A stretch of DNA of 64,000 bases from an uncultured Saprospiraceae bacterium (GTDB lineage Bacteria; Bacteroidota; Bacteroidia; Chitinophagales; Saprospiraceae). A program made the position numbers and the translations under genes. Positions 19,427 through 29,242 of this stretch are shown piece by piece; the first letter of the stretch is position 1, and each line of letters starts with the position of its first letter. The notes beneath the pieces are model-generated. The model was not told the DNA's origin. It ran no database searches and worked only from the letters and a program-made list of their open reading frames with translations. The stretch covers positions 15,119 through 79,118 of the forward strand of contig CAYTVR010000004.1 in NCBI GenBank assembly GCA_964441245.1. The letters run 5' to 3'.

Positions 19427-20380
19427 TCAAAGCGAATACTGCTTCATTTCCTTTGCGATATTAAATCCAGCATCCTCAACTATTTTTTGAATAACTGGAT
19501 CTTGCAAAACAGGATTGGTATGATTGAAATGAATGAAGAAAATTTTTTCTTTCTCTTTCCTTTCTAATGATTCAAAAAGCGACATCGATTCTTGGATAAA
19601 AGGATGTGGAATCTGACTCATATTTCTTCCAGGTATTTCCCCATCAGCAAAAAAAGTTCCATCCAGAAAAGCATAATCTACCTGATGTATTTCTTTTGTA
19701 ATTTCTCTTTCCCATGATTGCCATTTATTGATATCAGGGATAAACAATAATTTCTTTTTTGGGCCCATGATTTTAAATCCTACTGTTTCAGAATATTCAT
19801 CTCGATGAGGAACTAAGATTGGTTGTATTTGCAATTGTTCATTAAGTACGATTATAGAATCTTCTTTCAAATCATTCAATTCAATATTTTTCAATTTTAC
19901 TAATTGACTCCAAGGACCATTTTTACGTAAGTAGTCTTCCATTCGTGGCATCGCGTAAACAGGCATTTGTTTGGCGCCCATCACCTCTCGACCAAGTTGC
20001 ATCAATCCCGTATAATGACCGATATGCGCATGTGTCAAAAAGATACCCATCAAATTTATTTTGTCCGTTCCTCTATGGTTTTGCAATCTATATAATTGTT
20101 CTCGAAAATCTGGGGTAGCATCAATCATCCAAGCTTCATGAGTTATTGGATCTACTACTGCTATGCAAGAAACTAGCTTTCGCAAAGCAGCATTTTTCCA
20201 AACAGCTTTACAACATTTTTTCTTGCAATCTGCTTGAGGAAAACCAGCATCTTGTGCGATTCCCAAAACGATTGCATAAGGTTTATTTAATTTTTTAGAT
20301 TCGGCATTTTCCTGGACAGGTTGATCTGATGAAGTACAAGTTATTAAAAAGAAGATAGGGAAAAAGAGGAGGTATTTCAT
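19427..20380 (-). CDS. MBL-fold metallo-hydrolase (PqqB-like), lipoprotein
   Basis: Lipobox (LITC). The THAHIGHYTG metal-binding motif and overall pattern resemble the PqqB/PhnP-type beta-lactamase fold. Confidence 0.65.
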   Translation of the reverse strand: MKYLLFFPIFFLITCTSSDQPVQENAESKKLNKPYAIVLGIAQDAGFPQADCKKKCCKAVWKNAALRKLVSCIAVVDPITHEAWMIDATPDFREQLYRLQNHRGTDKINLMGIFLTHAHIGHYTGLMQLGREVMGAKQMPVYAMPRMEDYLRKNGPWSQLVKLKNIELNDLKEDSIIVLNEQLQIQPILVPHRDEYSETVGFKIMGPKKKLLFIPDINKWQSWEREITKEIHQVDYAFLDGTFFADGEIPGRNMSQIPHPFIQESMSLFESLERKEKEKIFFIHFNHTNPVLQDPVIQKIVEDAGFNIAKEMKQYSL

Positions 20381-20405
20381 CGTGTTATTTATTGGCTTTT
20401 GGTTA

Positions 20406-20459
20406 AAATAAAAAACGCGGATAAATGGACTATGTTTTAATACAGTCTTTATCCGCGTT
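20406..20459 (-). terminator. Rho-independent terminator after the BI-1 family gene
   Basis: The aacgcggataaa / tttatccgcgtt stem has a T-run on the minus strand. Confidence 0.65.
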
Positions 20460-20482
20460 TTCTTTAGATGCTTAAACGATTA

Positions 20483-21235
20483 TTAATCGCCTCCTGCAAA
20501 GGCTGAAATTAAGTATAGGATTTCTAAGTATAACCATACTAAGGTAAACAATAATCCCATTCCATAATACCATTCCATGTAAGATGGCGTTTTCATTTCT
20601 TCTCCTTTATCAAAATTGTCAAAATCAACTAACAATTTCATAGAGGCAACACCTACAATCACTAAGCTGATCCCAATTCCGATGGGTGATTGATCATGTA
20701 AAAAGGGTACGTCTACTCCAAAGAAATATAAAACAAACTCTACCAAATATAGCAGCATGATTCCACCAACTGCAGTCATGATGATACTTCTAAACCGTTC
20801 TGTTACTTTAATGACACCTGATTTATACAACATCAACATGGTAAACAAAATTGCCAAAGTCAACGTAACGGCTTGGAAGATAATACCTCCATAAAAAGAA
20901 CTATAAATGGCTGATGCTCCTCCGACTACTAATCCTTCAAAGACCGCAAAAAGTGGTGCCAACATAGGAGACTTATCTAGATTACGACCAGCTATAAAAC
21001 TAACTGCCGCACCTCCAATTACGCCACCAATCATCAGAAATTTACTGGCAAATACATAACCACCCAAAGCTGCAATAGTCATAATACCCAAAAGCATTAC
21101 TGTTTTATTGACTGCTCCATTGACTGTCATTAATTCACCAGAATATACCATTTCAGAATCCAAGACATTGGTATTGCGTTCTATCGCTTCTTCCTTAATC
21201 ATTGGATTATTAGATTCGAAAATATTTCTACTCAT
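20483..21235 (-). CDS. Bax inhibitor-1/YccA family membrane protein
   Basis: Seven hydrophobic helices with a C-terminal EILYLISAFAGGD-type tail typical of the BI-1 family. Confidence 0.75.
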   Translation of the reverse strand: MSRNIFESNNPMIKEEAIERNTNVLDSEMVYSGELMTVNGAVNKTVMLLGIMTIAALGGYVFASKFLMIGGVIGGAAVSFIAGRNLDKSPMLAPLFAVFEGLVVGGASAIYSSFYGGIIFQAVTLTLAILFTMLMLYKSGVIKVTERFRSIIMTAVGGIMLLYLVEFVLYFFGVDVPFLHDQSPIGIGISLVIVGVASMKLLVDFDNFDKGEEMKTPSYMEWYYGMGLLFTLVWLYLEILYLISAFAGGD

Positions 21236-21620
21236 AATTTTAATACTTAATTGAAATAAAATTTTTCTTTTTTTGATTCCTAAATATAATGCTTTTACAT
21301 TATTTCAGGGTATATGTTATTTGAAATTCTTCCTTTTTATATAAACACTAAGGAAATCTTTCATTTTATTAGACGAAGAATCAAGCCAAAAGTACCGTTT
21401 CCTTAATAAAACATTAACACTAAATATACTGGTTTTTTGATACTAATCATATTTCATCACTTAAAACAACAGAATTGAAAGATTTGTTCTAGTACATAGT
21501 TTTACAGGTGATTACTTACTTTTTTAATCCTTTTCGGGAAAAAGAATCATTTTGTAATCCGTGAGTGATAACTAAGCACCTCCCTTGGAGGAACAATCTC
21601 AATATTTTTAAACCAATCTT

Positions 21621-22829
21621 TTACACGCGTTCTAAAATTGTCGCATAGCCCTGCCCTACTCCAATACACATGGTCACCAATGCATATTTTTTTTGCTGTT
21701 GATGTAGCTCCAAGGCTGCTGTTTGTAAAATTCGAGTACCTGACATTCCTAGTGGATGACCAATTGCAATTCCTCCGCCATTAGGATTGATTCGAGGATC
21801 ATCACCATCAATGCCCCATTCCTTGCAACAAGCCAAAACTTGCGCAGCAAAAGCTTCATTGATTTCAAGAATGTCCATATCTTCTAAAGTCAAACCTACT
21901 TTTGCCAATGCTTTGTTAGAAGCGAAAACTGGACCGATTCCCATGATTCGAGGTTCTACTCCAGCAACTGCTGAAGAGACAATTCTTGCCAATGGTTTTA
22001 AGTCATATTTTTTGATGGCATCTTCAGAAGCGATTAACATAGCTGCAGCTCCATCATTTAATCCAGAAGCATTTCCAGCGGTAACTGATCCGCCTTCTTT
22101 TTTAAAGGCTGGTCGTAATTTGGTTAAACCTTCCATGGTTGAATTAGAGCGAATAAATTCATCTTGTTCAAATACAATAGGATCTTTTTTCCTTTGCGGA
22201 ATTTCAACTGCAACAATCTCTTTCGCTAAGCGACCTGATGCTTGTGCTCTGGCTGCTTTCATTTGAGACCAAAGTGCGAATTGATCTTGTGCTTCTCTTG
22301 AGATGTCATATTTTTCTACCAAGTTCTCAGCAGTAATTCCCATCCCATCTGTTCCATATAATTCTTTCATTTTTGAATTGACAAAACGCCAACCAAAACT
22401 TGAATCATGCATTTTTGCATCTCGACCAAAGGCTTTAGATACTTTTGAAATCACCCAGGGGCCACGGGTCATATGTTCGACTCCACCAGAAATAAACAAA
22501 TCTCCATCACCAGTTTGAATGGCTCGATGTGCATGAATCACGGATGACATGCCAGAAGAGCATAATCGATTCACCGTTTCTCCTGGAACTGTCCATGGTA
22601 AGCCCGCTAGTAACAAAGCCATTCGAGCAACATTCCGATTGTCTTCTCCAGCTTGATTCGCACAACCTAAGATAACATCTTCAATTGCTGCTGGCGGAAC
22701 ATTTGGATTTCGTTTCATTAATTCTCGAATAACATGTGCTGCCAAATCATCGCAACGGATGCTTGATAGTGTTCCGGTAAATTTTCCTATTGGTGTTCGT
22801 ATGGCGTCTATGATGTAAGTGTTTTTCAT
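21621..22829 (-). CDS. paaJ: 3-oxoadipyl-CoA / acetyl-CoA C-acyltransferase (thiolase)
   Basis: Thiolase motifs VNRLCSSGM (active-site Cys), NEAFAAQ and GHPLGMSGTR...CIGVGQG. The start was moved to MKNTYIIDAIRTPIGKF (22829). The 43-aa upstream extension is basic junk overlapping the next gene. Confidence 0.88.
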   Translation of the reverse strand: MKNTYIIDAIRTPIGKFTGTLSSIRCDDLAAHVIRELMKRNPNVPPAAIEDVILGCANQAGEDNRNVARMALLLAGLPWTVPGETVNRLCSSGMSSVIHAHRAIQTGDGDLFISGGVEHMTRGPWVISKVSKAFGRDAKMHDSSFGWRFVNSKMKELYGTDGMGITAENLVEKYDISREAQDQFALWSQMKAARAQASGRLAKEIVAVEIPQRKKDPIVFEQDEFIRSNSTMEGLTKLRPAFKKEGGSVTAGNASGLNDGAAAMLIASEDAIKKYDLKPLARIVSSAVAGVEPRIMGIGPVFASNKALAKVGLTLEDMDILEINEAFAAQVLACCKEWGIDGDDPRINPNGGGIAIGHPLGMSGTRILQTAALELHQQQKKYALVTMCIGVGQGYATILERV

Positions 22830-22911
22830 TTTTTTAGTTAGCGTCGTAGTCTTTAGTTTTATCCATAATAATTTTCCAAGGCTCTGTCTGTGGCGATTTC
22901 TATTAAAAATC

Positions 22912-23184
22912 CTATCCTCCTGAGAGTGCTTGCATGATGTAAACTTCCGTTTTTTCATTCAAGGGATCACTTAAGCTTTGTCGATCTTTTATCATATTCC
23001 CATCGACAAAAATATTGACATGTTTGCGCAATTCTCCTTGGTCATTAACCAAGTAACTACTGATTCCTGGATGTTTTTCTTCTATCTTTTCAATGACCTC
23101 TTTGACTGTCGTTACCTCCAAATCCAAAGGTTCTAGATTTGGGTAAAAACGTTTGAGCGCTTGAGTGAATTTGACTAGAGGCAT
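22912..23184 (-). CDS. MoaD/ThiS-like ubiquitin-fold (beta-grasp) protein ending in Gly-Gly
   Basis: A 90-aa protein ending ...YIMQALSGG, with the length and pattern of sulfur-carrier/ubiquitin-like beta-grasp proteins. It is embedded between paaH and the thiolase. Confidence 0.6.
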   Translation of the reverse strand: MPLVKFTQALKRFYPNLEPLDLEVTTVKEVIEKIEEKHPGISSYLVNDQGELRKHVNIFVDGNMIKDRQSLSDPLNEKTEVYIMQALSGG

Positions 23185-23327
23185 TTTTATAATTTTATTA
23201 TTATTTATTTCTCCTTACGGAAAAGTCCATTCTTTTTTATTCGATAAGCAATCTATTTAAACAAAATTATTTTTTCTGAATTCTGATTGACGGCTGAAAT
23301 GTTGTCAATCGAAATTCAATTAAATAA

Positions 23328-24482
23328 TTAATAAAAGGTCTTTTTATCTCTGGCCTTTTTTCTGAGTAAAGGACTGCAGCGATAACGATCTTCTAAATAT
23401 TCTTGGTGCAATTTATCCATCATCTTAACACACTTTCCTATTCCAATTTCATCAGCCCAGGCTAATAAACCTTTTGGATAATTGACTCCTTTGGTCATCG
23501 CTAAATCAATGTCATCACGAGAAGCAATATTCCAATAACAAGCATCGGCAGCTTCATTGATCAACATAATGATGATTCGGTCAAGAATTTGCTTTCCTAT
23601 TTTTTTATTTTTTCTAGGCTCTGGATTTTTTGCATGTTCTTGATAGTCATAAAAACCTCGGCCACTTTTTCTACCTAAATAACCTGCTTCTGACAGCCGC
23701 TTTTGCGTAAAAGAGGGTTTGTATCTTGGATCGTAATAGAAAGCTTTAAAAACCGTTTCAGTAACGACATAATTTACATCATGGCCAATGTAATCCATCA
23801 AAGTAAAAGGCCCCATTCTAAAACCACCTAAATCCGTCATTGCCCAGTCGATGGTGGGTACATCTGCTATACCTTCTTCTAAAATTCGTAAAGCTTCTCC
23901 ATAAAAAGGTCGAGCGACTCGATTAACAATAAAGCCTGGTGTATCTTTTGCTTGCACGGTCAACTTTCCCCAATCATCTATTTGTCGTCGAGCTTTTTCC
24001 ATGATGCTTTGATCAGTTTGAACCGCAGGAATGATCTCTACCAATTTCATCAAAGGTGCTGGATTGAAAAAATGAATTCCGAGTACTCGCTCTGGATTTT
24101 CGCAGGCAGCTGCAATGGAGGCAATCGATAAGGAGGAAGTATTACTGGCTAAAATACAATCCTCTGAAACGATTTTTTCTAGTTGACTAAAAACAGATTT
24201 TTTGATTTCTAGATTTTCAATAATTGCTTCGATCACCATGCCACAATCTGCAAAGCCTTCCATTTTGTCCATAAAATAAATTCTACCAAAAATGGCCTTT
24301 GCAGTCGGATCATCTATTCGTCCTTTTTCAACCAAACGATTGAGGATCTTTTGCAATTTATTGCTCGCATTTTCTAAAGCTTTAGGATTGTTGTCACAAA
24401 GCACTACTTTATGTCCAGCCGTTGCGGCGATTTGTGCAATGCCGCTTCCCATTGATCCGCTTCCTAAGACGCCTACTTTCAT
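23328..24482 (-). CDS. paaH: 3-hydroxyacyl-CoA dehydrogenase (PaaH-like)
   Basis: N-terminal Rossmann motif VGVLGSGSMGSGIA, NTSSLSI and the HFFNPAPLMKLVE motif. Confidence 0.85.
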   Translation of the reverse strand: MKVGVLGSGSMGSGIAQIAATAGHKVVLCDNNPKALENASNKLQKILNRLVEKGRIDDPTAKAIFGRIYFMDKMEGFADCGMVIEAIIENLEIKKSVFSQLEKIVSEDCILASNTSSLSIASIAAACENPERVLGIHFFNPAPLMKLVEIIPAVQTDQSIMEKARRQIDDWGKLTVQAKDTPGFIVNRVARPFYGEALRILEEGIADVPTIDWAMTDLGGFRMGPFTLMDYIGHDVNYVVTETVFKAFYYDPRYKPSFTQKRLSEAGYLGRKSGRGFYDYQEHAKNPEPRKNKKIGKQILDRIIIMLINEAADACYWNIASRDDIDLAMTKGVNYPKGLLAWADEIGIGKCVKMMDKLHQEYLEDRYRCSPLLRKKARDKKTFY

Positions 24483-24504
24483 TGTTGTTGGTTAATCGTT
24501 GTAC

Positions 24505-25281
24505 TTATGCTCCTTTAAATTCGGGTTTTCTTTTTTCTAGGAATGCTTGTACACCTTCTTGGTAATCCGATGTGTTACTTGCTGTAGTTTGTAATTGCTC
24601 TTCGATTCCCAATTGTGTCGTGAGGTCATTGTGAACAGAATAGTTAAGTGCTCTTTTGGTTAAGCCTAATCCTCTTGTTGGCATCTTGGCTAATTTTTGA
24701 GTGACTTTCATGGTCTCCTCTTCGAATACATCATCAGCAAAATATTTATAAATCATGCCCATTGTTTCGGCATCTTTGGCGTATACTTTTTCTCCAAGCA
24801 TCATCAATGCTGTGGCTCGCTGGAAGCCAATAATTCTGGGGAGAAAAAAGGTGCCTCCACTATCAGGAATGAGGCCAATTTTACTAAAAGCTTGTAAAAA
24901 ATAGGCGGACTCTGTGGCCATCACAATATCACAGGCTAAAGCAATATTGGCTCCTGCACCAGCTGCCACTCCGTTGACTGCAGCAATCACAGGTTTTTCG
25001 ATGGCTCGAATGGATTCAATGATTGGGTTATAATGTTCTGCAACAATAGTGGTGAGGTCAGGTCCTTCTGAATCTATAGCTTCTTGCAAATCTTGTCCTG
25101 CACAAAAAGCTTTACCATTTCCAGTGACATATAGAGCTCGAACATCGGAATTCGTTTTACATTCTTTTAAATAATGCTGAAAGGTTAGCGCCATTTCCCG
25201 ATTGAAACTATTGTACTTATCAGGACGATTGAACGTAATCTTGGCGATACCATTTTCTAATGAAAATAAAATACTATCCAT
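24505..25281 (-). CDS. paaG: Enoyl-CoA hydratase/isomerase, PaaG-like
   Basis: Crotonase motifs FCAGQDL and GVAAGAGANIALACD. Location within the paa cluster. Confidence 0.8.
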   Translation of the reverse strand: MDSILFSLENGIAKITFNRPDKYNSFNREMALTFQHYLKECKTNSDVRALYVTGNGKAFCAGQDLQEAIDSEGPDLTTIVAEHYNPIIESIRAIEKPVIAAVNGVAAGAGANIALACDIVMATESAYFLQAFSKIGLIPDSGGTFFLPRIIGFQRATALMMLGEKVYAKDAETMGMIYKYFADDVFEEETMKVTQKLAKMPTRGLGLTKRALNYSVHNDLTTQLGIEEQLQTTASNTSDYQEGVQAFLEKRKPEFKGA

Positions 25282-25388
25282 TGGAGGTATAAATTATGTT
25301 TGAAATAATGAACGTGAAATTAAGCATTCGGTATGATACAAAAAATATTTTTTGTGCCTTTCGAATTTAGAGCGTGTTTATAAAAATT

Positions 25389-25513
25389 GGTTCTTCGACA
25401 AATCGGGTGTGCATAGACATTCAAAATTGAAATTCAACGCTTCCTCTGGTCGCTTTTTCATCTCACTTTATGAATGTCCATACATGCGTACGTACAGAAT
25501 TTATCGAAGAAGG
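25389..25513 (+). mobile_element. MITE copy A (125 bp), with imperfect terminal inverted repeats and an 8-bp TSD
   Basis: The ends GGTTCTTCGACAAAT ... ATTTATCGAAGAAGG form an imperfect TIR. Identical TAAAAATT flanks lie at 25381-25388 and 25514-25521. Copies B and C are near-identical. Confidence 0.85.
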
Positions 25514-25520
25514 TAAAAAT

Positions 25521-26006
25521 TTAATGACATTTGAAATAATCAAAAGGTTCTAGACAATCTTTACAACGATACAAAGATTTACAGGCGGTAGAACCAAACT
25601 GGCTTAACATTTCTGTTTTATAAGAATCACATTGTGGACACTGTATTTTTTTACTTTCACCAAACAAAGCTAACTTATCCACAACTTTACCAACAGGTGG
25701 TGCAATTCCGTAAGCTTTTAATTTTTTCTTACCTTCTTCTGACATCCAATCTGTAGTCCATGCAGGACTCAGGATGGTACTTACTTTTATTTGGTCAAAA
25801 CCATATTCTTGTAAAATAGCTTTGATGTTTACTTCGATCATATTCATAGCAGGACAGCCTGAGTAAGTTGGGGTGATGATTACTTCATAACTTTCTCCAA
25901 TTTGCTTTACATCACGTACGACTCCTAGATCAAGAATGGTCAACACGGGGACTTCTGGATCACAGACTTTTGATAATAATTGCCATATTTTTTTTACCTG
26001 TTCCAT
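25521..26006 (-). CDS. paaD: Phenylacetyl-CoA epoxidase subunit PaaD (PaaJ in the newer nomenclature)
   Basis: N-terminal DPEVPVLTILDLGVV (MIP18/SufT-like) domain plus a C-terminal CPQCDS...CKDC zinc ribbon. Confidence 0.85.
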   Translation of the reverse strand: MEQVKKIWQLLSKVCDPEVPVLTILDLGVVRDVKQIGESYEVIITPTYSGCPAMNMIEVNIKAILQEYGFDQIKVSTILSPAWTTDWMSEEGKKKLKAYGIAPPVGKVVDKLALFGESKKIQCPQCDSYKTEMLSQFGSTACKSLYRCKDCLEPFDYFKCH

Positions 26007-26020
26007 CTTTAGGATGTTGG

Positions 26021-26803
26021 TTACTGGGTTAGTGTCACTCGTATGTTTTCTGTGTTGATTCTTGATAATTCTTTTAGAGCGTCCTTTTCATATAATTGAT
26101 CAAAATTGAAAACGTCTCGACTATCTTCTTTGGGTTTATAATTGATGTAATCGACAAAACGAATGCCATCAACTATCCTAGCATTGTAGGCTGCTCGAAA
26201 TCGGGCGCCTCCTCCATTGACTAAAAAATTATAGGCTAAATAATCCATAGTATGGGTCGTCTGATCAAACCAATACATGTAAACATCATCATGATCCTTT
26301 CCGCCACCTTCTTCTTGAAAACGGACTTCGACTTTATCGTATTTTCTACTTTTAATGGTTGACTCTCCAACGTATTTTTTGATGACTGCTCCATCATTTA
26401 GCCGGTAAGGCAGTTGTACAAAATAATGCACAGAATTCACGGAACCTGACCAGCCTGTTTTTTGTTTTTCCGTCAAGGAAATTCGTTGACCATTTTCCTC
26501 TCTATAAAATTCATTATTAGTTAAAACGTCTTTTATTTTTTGTCCCTTTTTATCGATAAAACGTCGCTCATATTGAAAATCAGTGCCTTTATGAATCGCA
26601 ACATATTCTTTGGCTCGAAAATTAAATTCTAAAATTGCATGGCTAAGTAAATGTGCTCCATGAGTTTTTATGGATTGATCAACAATTTTTTGGGCTTTGG
26701 TAAATTCTGTTTCAGGGACTACTTTTGGAGCTTTCGTTTTACAGCTGAATAAAATGACTACAAACAATAGAATAGAAAAAACAAAGGTCAGTTGTTGCAT
26801 CAC
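26021..26803 (-). CDS. Hypothetical lipoprotein encoded inside the paa cluster
   Basis: Lipobox (ILFSC). No family recognised. It is 14 nt upstream of paaD and 109 nt downstream of paaC. Confidence 0.6.
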   Translation of the reverse strand: MMQQLTFVFSILLFVVILFSCKTKAPKVVPETEFTKAQKIVDQSIKTHGAHLLSHAILEFNFRAKEYVAIHKGTDFQYERRFIDKKGQKIKDVLTNNEFYREENGQRISLTEKQKTGWSGSVNSVHYFVQLPYRLNDGAVIKKYVGESTIKSRKYDKVEVRFQEEGGGKDHDDVYMYWFDQTTHTMDYLAYNFLVNGGGARFRAAYNARIVDGIRFVDYINYKPKEDSRDVFNFDQLYEKDALKELSRINTENIRVTLTQ

Positions 26804-26912
26804 TTTTTTTTAGTAAGGTTTAAAAATTAAAAAATAGTACAAAATGCACAACTATAAATTCAATTCATTTGTTCAAATGAATTGGTCAAATGTTCAACTA
26901 AAAAATCTTAAA

Positions 26913-27671
26913 CTACCATTCTTGACCAGGATAGGCTCTTTGTAGATATTGTAATTCTGAAAGAATATATCCAAAATGTTCGGAATGTAAACCTTCTTTT
27001 CCTCCTGTTTGCATGAAAACATTTTCTGGCTTTTCTATATTGGCTTCCGCCAAAACACTTTCCATTTTTTTCTCACAGTCATTTTTCAGATTTGATAAAT
27101 CTACCGCAATTCCTTCAGATAATAATGCTTCTTCTATTTTGCTCATTTGCAATAACTCACCACTATACATCCAAAGGTCATTGACTGCTTTTTGGATTTT
27201 CTGATGACTTAGCTCCGTACCATCTCCTAATCTAATCATCCATTCTGAGCTCCATCGTACATGATAGCTTACCTCTTTTAATGATTTTTCAGCAATAGCC
27301 GCTAATTGTTGATCAGAACTTTCTTTTAGTTGGGTATAAAAATGAAAGCTGTATATATCGTACAAGAATTGACGGACAACGGTGTATGCAAAATCCTCGT
27401 TTGGTTGTTCTACTAATAATACATTTCGATATTCTGTCACGGTACGTAGATAAGCTAGGTCATCTTCCGTTTTTCCTTTGCCTTCTACTGCTGCAGCATA
27501 TTGGTATAAGCTTCTTGCTTGACCAACCAAATCTAATGCTATATTAGTCATGGCCATATCTTGCTCTAAGATGGGCCCATGTCCACACCATTCAGAAAGG
27601 CGATGACCAAGAATCAATGCGTTGTCGGCTAGTTGGAGGAGATAGATATGGAGTGCTTCTTTATTGTTCAT
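26913..27671 (-). CDS. paaC: Phenylacetyl-CoA epoxidase subunit PaaC (PaaI in the newer nomenclature)
   Basis: LQLADNALILGHRLSEWCGHGPILEQDMAMTNIALDLVGQAR is the characteristic PaaC N-terminal ferritin-like region. Confidence 0.85.
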   Translation of the reverse strand: MNNKEALHIYLLQLADNALILGHRLSEWCGHGPILEQDMAMTNIALDLVGQARSLYQYAAAVEGKGKTEDDLAYLRTVTEYRNVLLVEQPNEDFAYTVVRQFLYDIYSFHFYTQLKESSDQQLAAIAEKSLKEVSYHVRWSSEWMIRLGDGTELSHQKIQKAVNDLWMYSGELLQMSKIEEALLSEGIAVDLSNLKNDCEKKMESVLAEANIEKPENVFMQTGGKEGLHSEHFGYILSELQYLQRAYPGQEW

Positions 27672-27933
27672 TGAAAATTTATTATTTACGATCTTATTGT
27701 TTTTTGAATGTAGAGGGCGTGAATTTTATTAATGATTGATGACGGTTACATATTCATTTTTAAACCTTTTTGATTTGGCCTTCGGCAACTGACTTTTTCA
27801 GTCGAAAAAAGTCGGCAAAATTCTTGGCAAAACAAAAGCCATACTCACTGCCTCTCTTCCGCGCTCTCCTATTTTGCCATTCCAAACCCGCCACTTGATA
27901 GATAATCCTAAATTATTCGTAAGCCTCTATTAA

Positions 27934-28221
27934 CTACATGTGTTTGATCTCGTCGGGTAGATCGTAGAAGGTTGGATGCCGATAAATTTTGTCGTTGGCC
28001 GGATCGTAAAAGGCTTCGCTATCTTCTGGACTTGATGCGGTAATGTTTTTAGATTCGACTACCCAAATACTCACTCCTTCACTTCTACGGGTATAAACAT
28101 CTCTGGCATTTTCGATGGCCATTTGTTCATCGGTTGCATGAAGACTTCCAACGTGTTTGTGATGCAAACCTTGACGACTTCGAATGAATATTTCCCATAA
28201 GGGCCAATTTTTCTTTTCCAT
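27934..28221 (-). CDS. paaB: Phenylacetyl-CoA epoxidase subunit PaaB
   Basis: WPLWEIFIRSRQGLHHKHVGSLHA...YTRRSEGVSIWVV...YRHPTFY aligns along its whole length with E. coli PaaB. The start was set at MEKKNWPLWE (28221); an alternative upstream Met lies at 28278. Confidence 0.9.
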   Translation of the reverse strand: MEKKNWPLWEIFIRSRQGLHHKHVGSLHATDEQMAIENARDVYTRRSEGVSIWVVESKNITASSPEDSEAFYDPANDKIYRHPTFYDLPDEIKHM

Positions 28222-28285
28222 TTTATTATTTATTGGTTTCGTAGTTCTTAGTTTTTGGTATAGAGTTTTTGGTGACAAAAAAAGT

Positions 28286-29242
28286 TTAGGCTACTTTGTC
28301 TTTTGCAGCTTTTCGCTTTTCTTTCTTTTCGGCGTAAGCCATAGCTGCTTCTCTTACCCAAGCGCCTTCTTCCCAAGCATCAACTCTTGCTTTCAAACGT
28401 TGTTTATTGCAAGGTCCATTTCCTTTCACTACGTTCCAAAACTCATCCCAATTGATTTCACCAAAATCGTAATGACCACGTTCTTCATTCCATTTGATAT
28501 CTGGATCAGGTAATGTCGCATTTAATAACTTGACTTGTTCAAAACAAACATCTACAAATTTTTGACGGAGCTCATCATTGGTGAATCGTTTGATTTTCCA
28601 AGCCATTGATTGCACCGTATTTGGAGAATCTGCATCACCAGGACCGAACATCATCATGGAAGGCCACCACCATCGGTTAATCGCATCTTGCAACATTTTT
28701 CTTTGTCCTTCTGATCCTTTACTTAAGGTCAATAAAATTTCGAATCCTTGTCTTTGGTGGAAACTTTCTTCTTTACAGACGCGCACCATTGCTCTAGCAT
28801 ATGGACCATAAGAACATCGACAAAGTGGTACTTGATTCATGATTGCTGCGCCATCTACTAGCCAACCAATGGCTCCGATATCTGCCCAGGTCAAGGTTGG
28901 ATAATTGAATATACTTGAATACTTAGCTTTTCCGGTGTGCAATTGATCGAACAATTCATCGCGCTCGATTCCTAAGGTTTCGCAAGCAGCATAAAGATAT
29001 AAGCCATGGCCCGCCTCGTCTTGAACCTTGGCTAACAATCCCAATTTTCGACGAAGACTTGGTGCTCGAGTGATCCAATTGCCTTCGGGTAACATCCCCA
29101 CAATCTCAGAATGAGCATGCTGGGATATTTGTCGGATTAGGGTCTTTCGATATTTTTCTGGCATCCAGTCTTTGGGCTCAATCTTGATTTCTGCATCTAT
29201 CTTTTGCTGGAATTTTTCTTCTAAGGAATGTTCTAGACTCAT
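28286..29242 (-). CDS. paaA: Phenylacetyl-CoA epoxidase catalytic subunit PaaA
   Basis: [39 protein letters not shown] and [11 protein letters not shown] are di-iron motifs near-identical to E. coli PaaA. The start was chosen by alignment to PaaA; an alternative Met lies at 29293. Confidence 0.92.
   Translation of the reverse strand: MSLEHSLEEKFQQKIDAEIKIEPKDWMPEKYRKTLIRQISQHAHSEIVGMLPEGNWITRAPSLRRKLGLLAKVQDEAGHGLYLYAACETLGIERDELFDQLHTGKAKYSSIFNYPTLTWADIGAIGWLVDGAAIMNQVPLCRCSYGPYARAMVRVCKEESFHQRQGFEILLTLSKGSEGQRKMLQDAINRWWWPSMMMFGPGDADSPNTVQSMAWKIKRFTNDELRQKFVDVCFEQVKLLNATLPDPDIKWNEERGHYDFGEINWDEFWNVVKGNGPCNKQRLKARVDAWEEGAWVREAAMAYAEKKEKRKAAKDKVA

Noticed and set aside
22830-22958. 43-codon N-terminal extension of the thiolase ORF overlapping the MoaD-like gene
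   Set aside because: The canonical thiolase N-terminus (MKNTYIIDAIRTPIGKF) begins at 22829. The extension is highly basic, non-homologous and overlaps the 3' end of the upstream gene.
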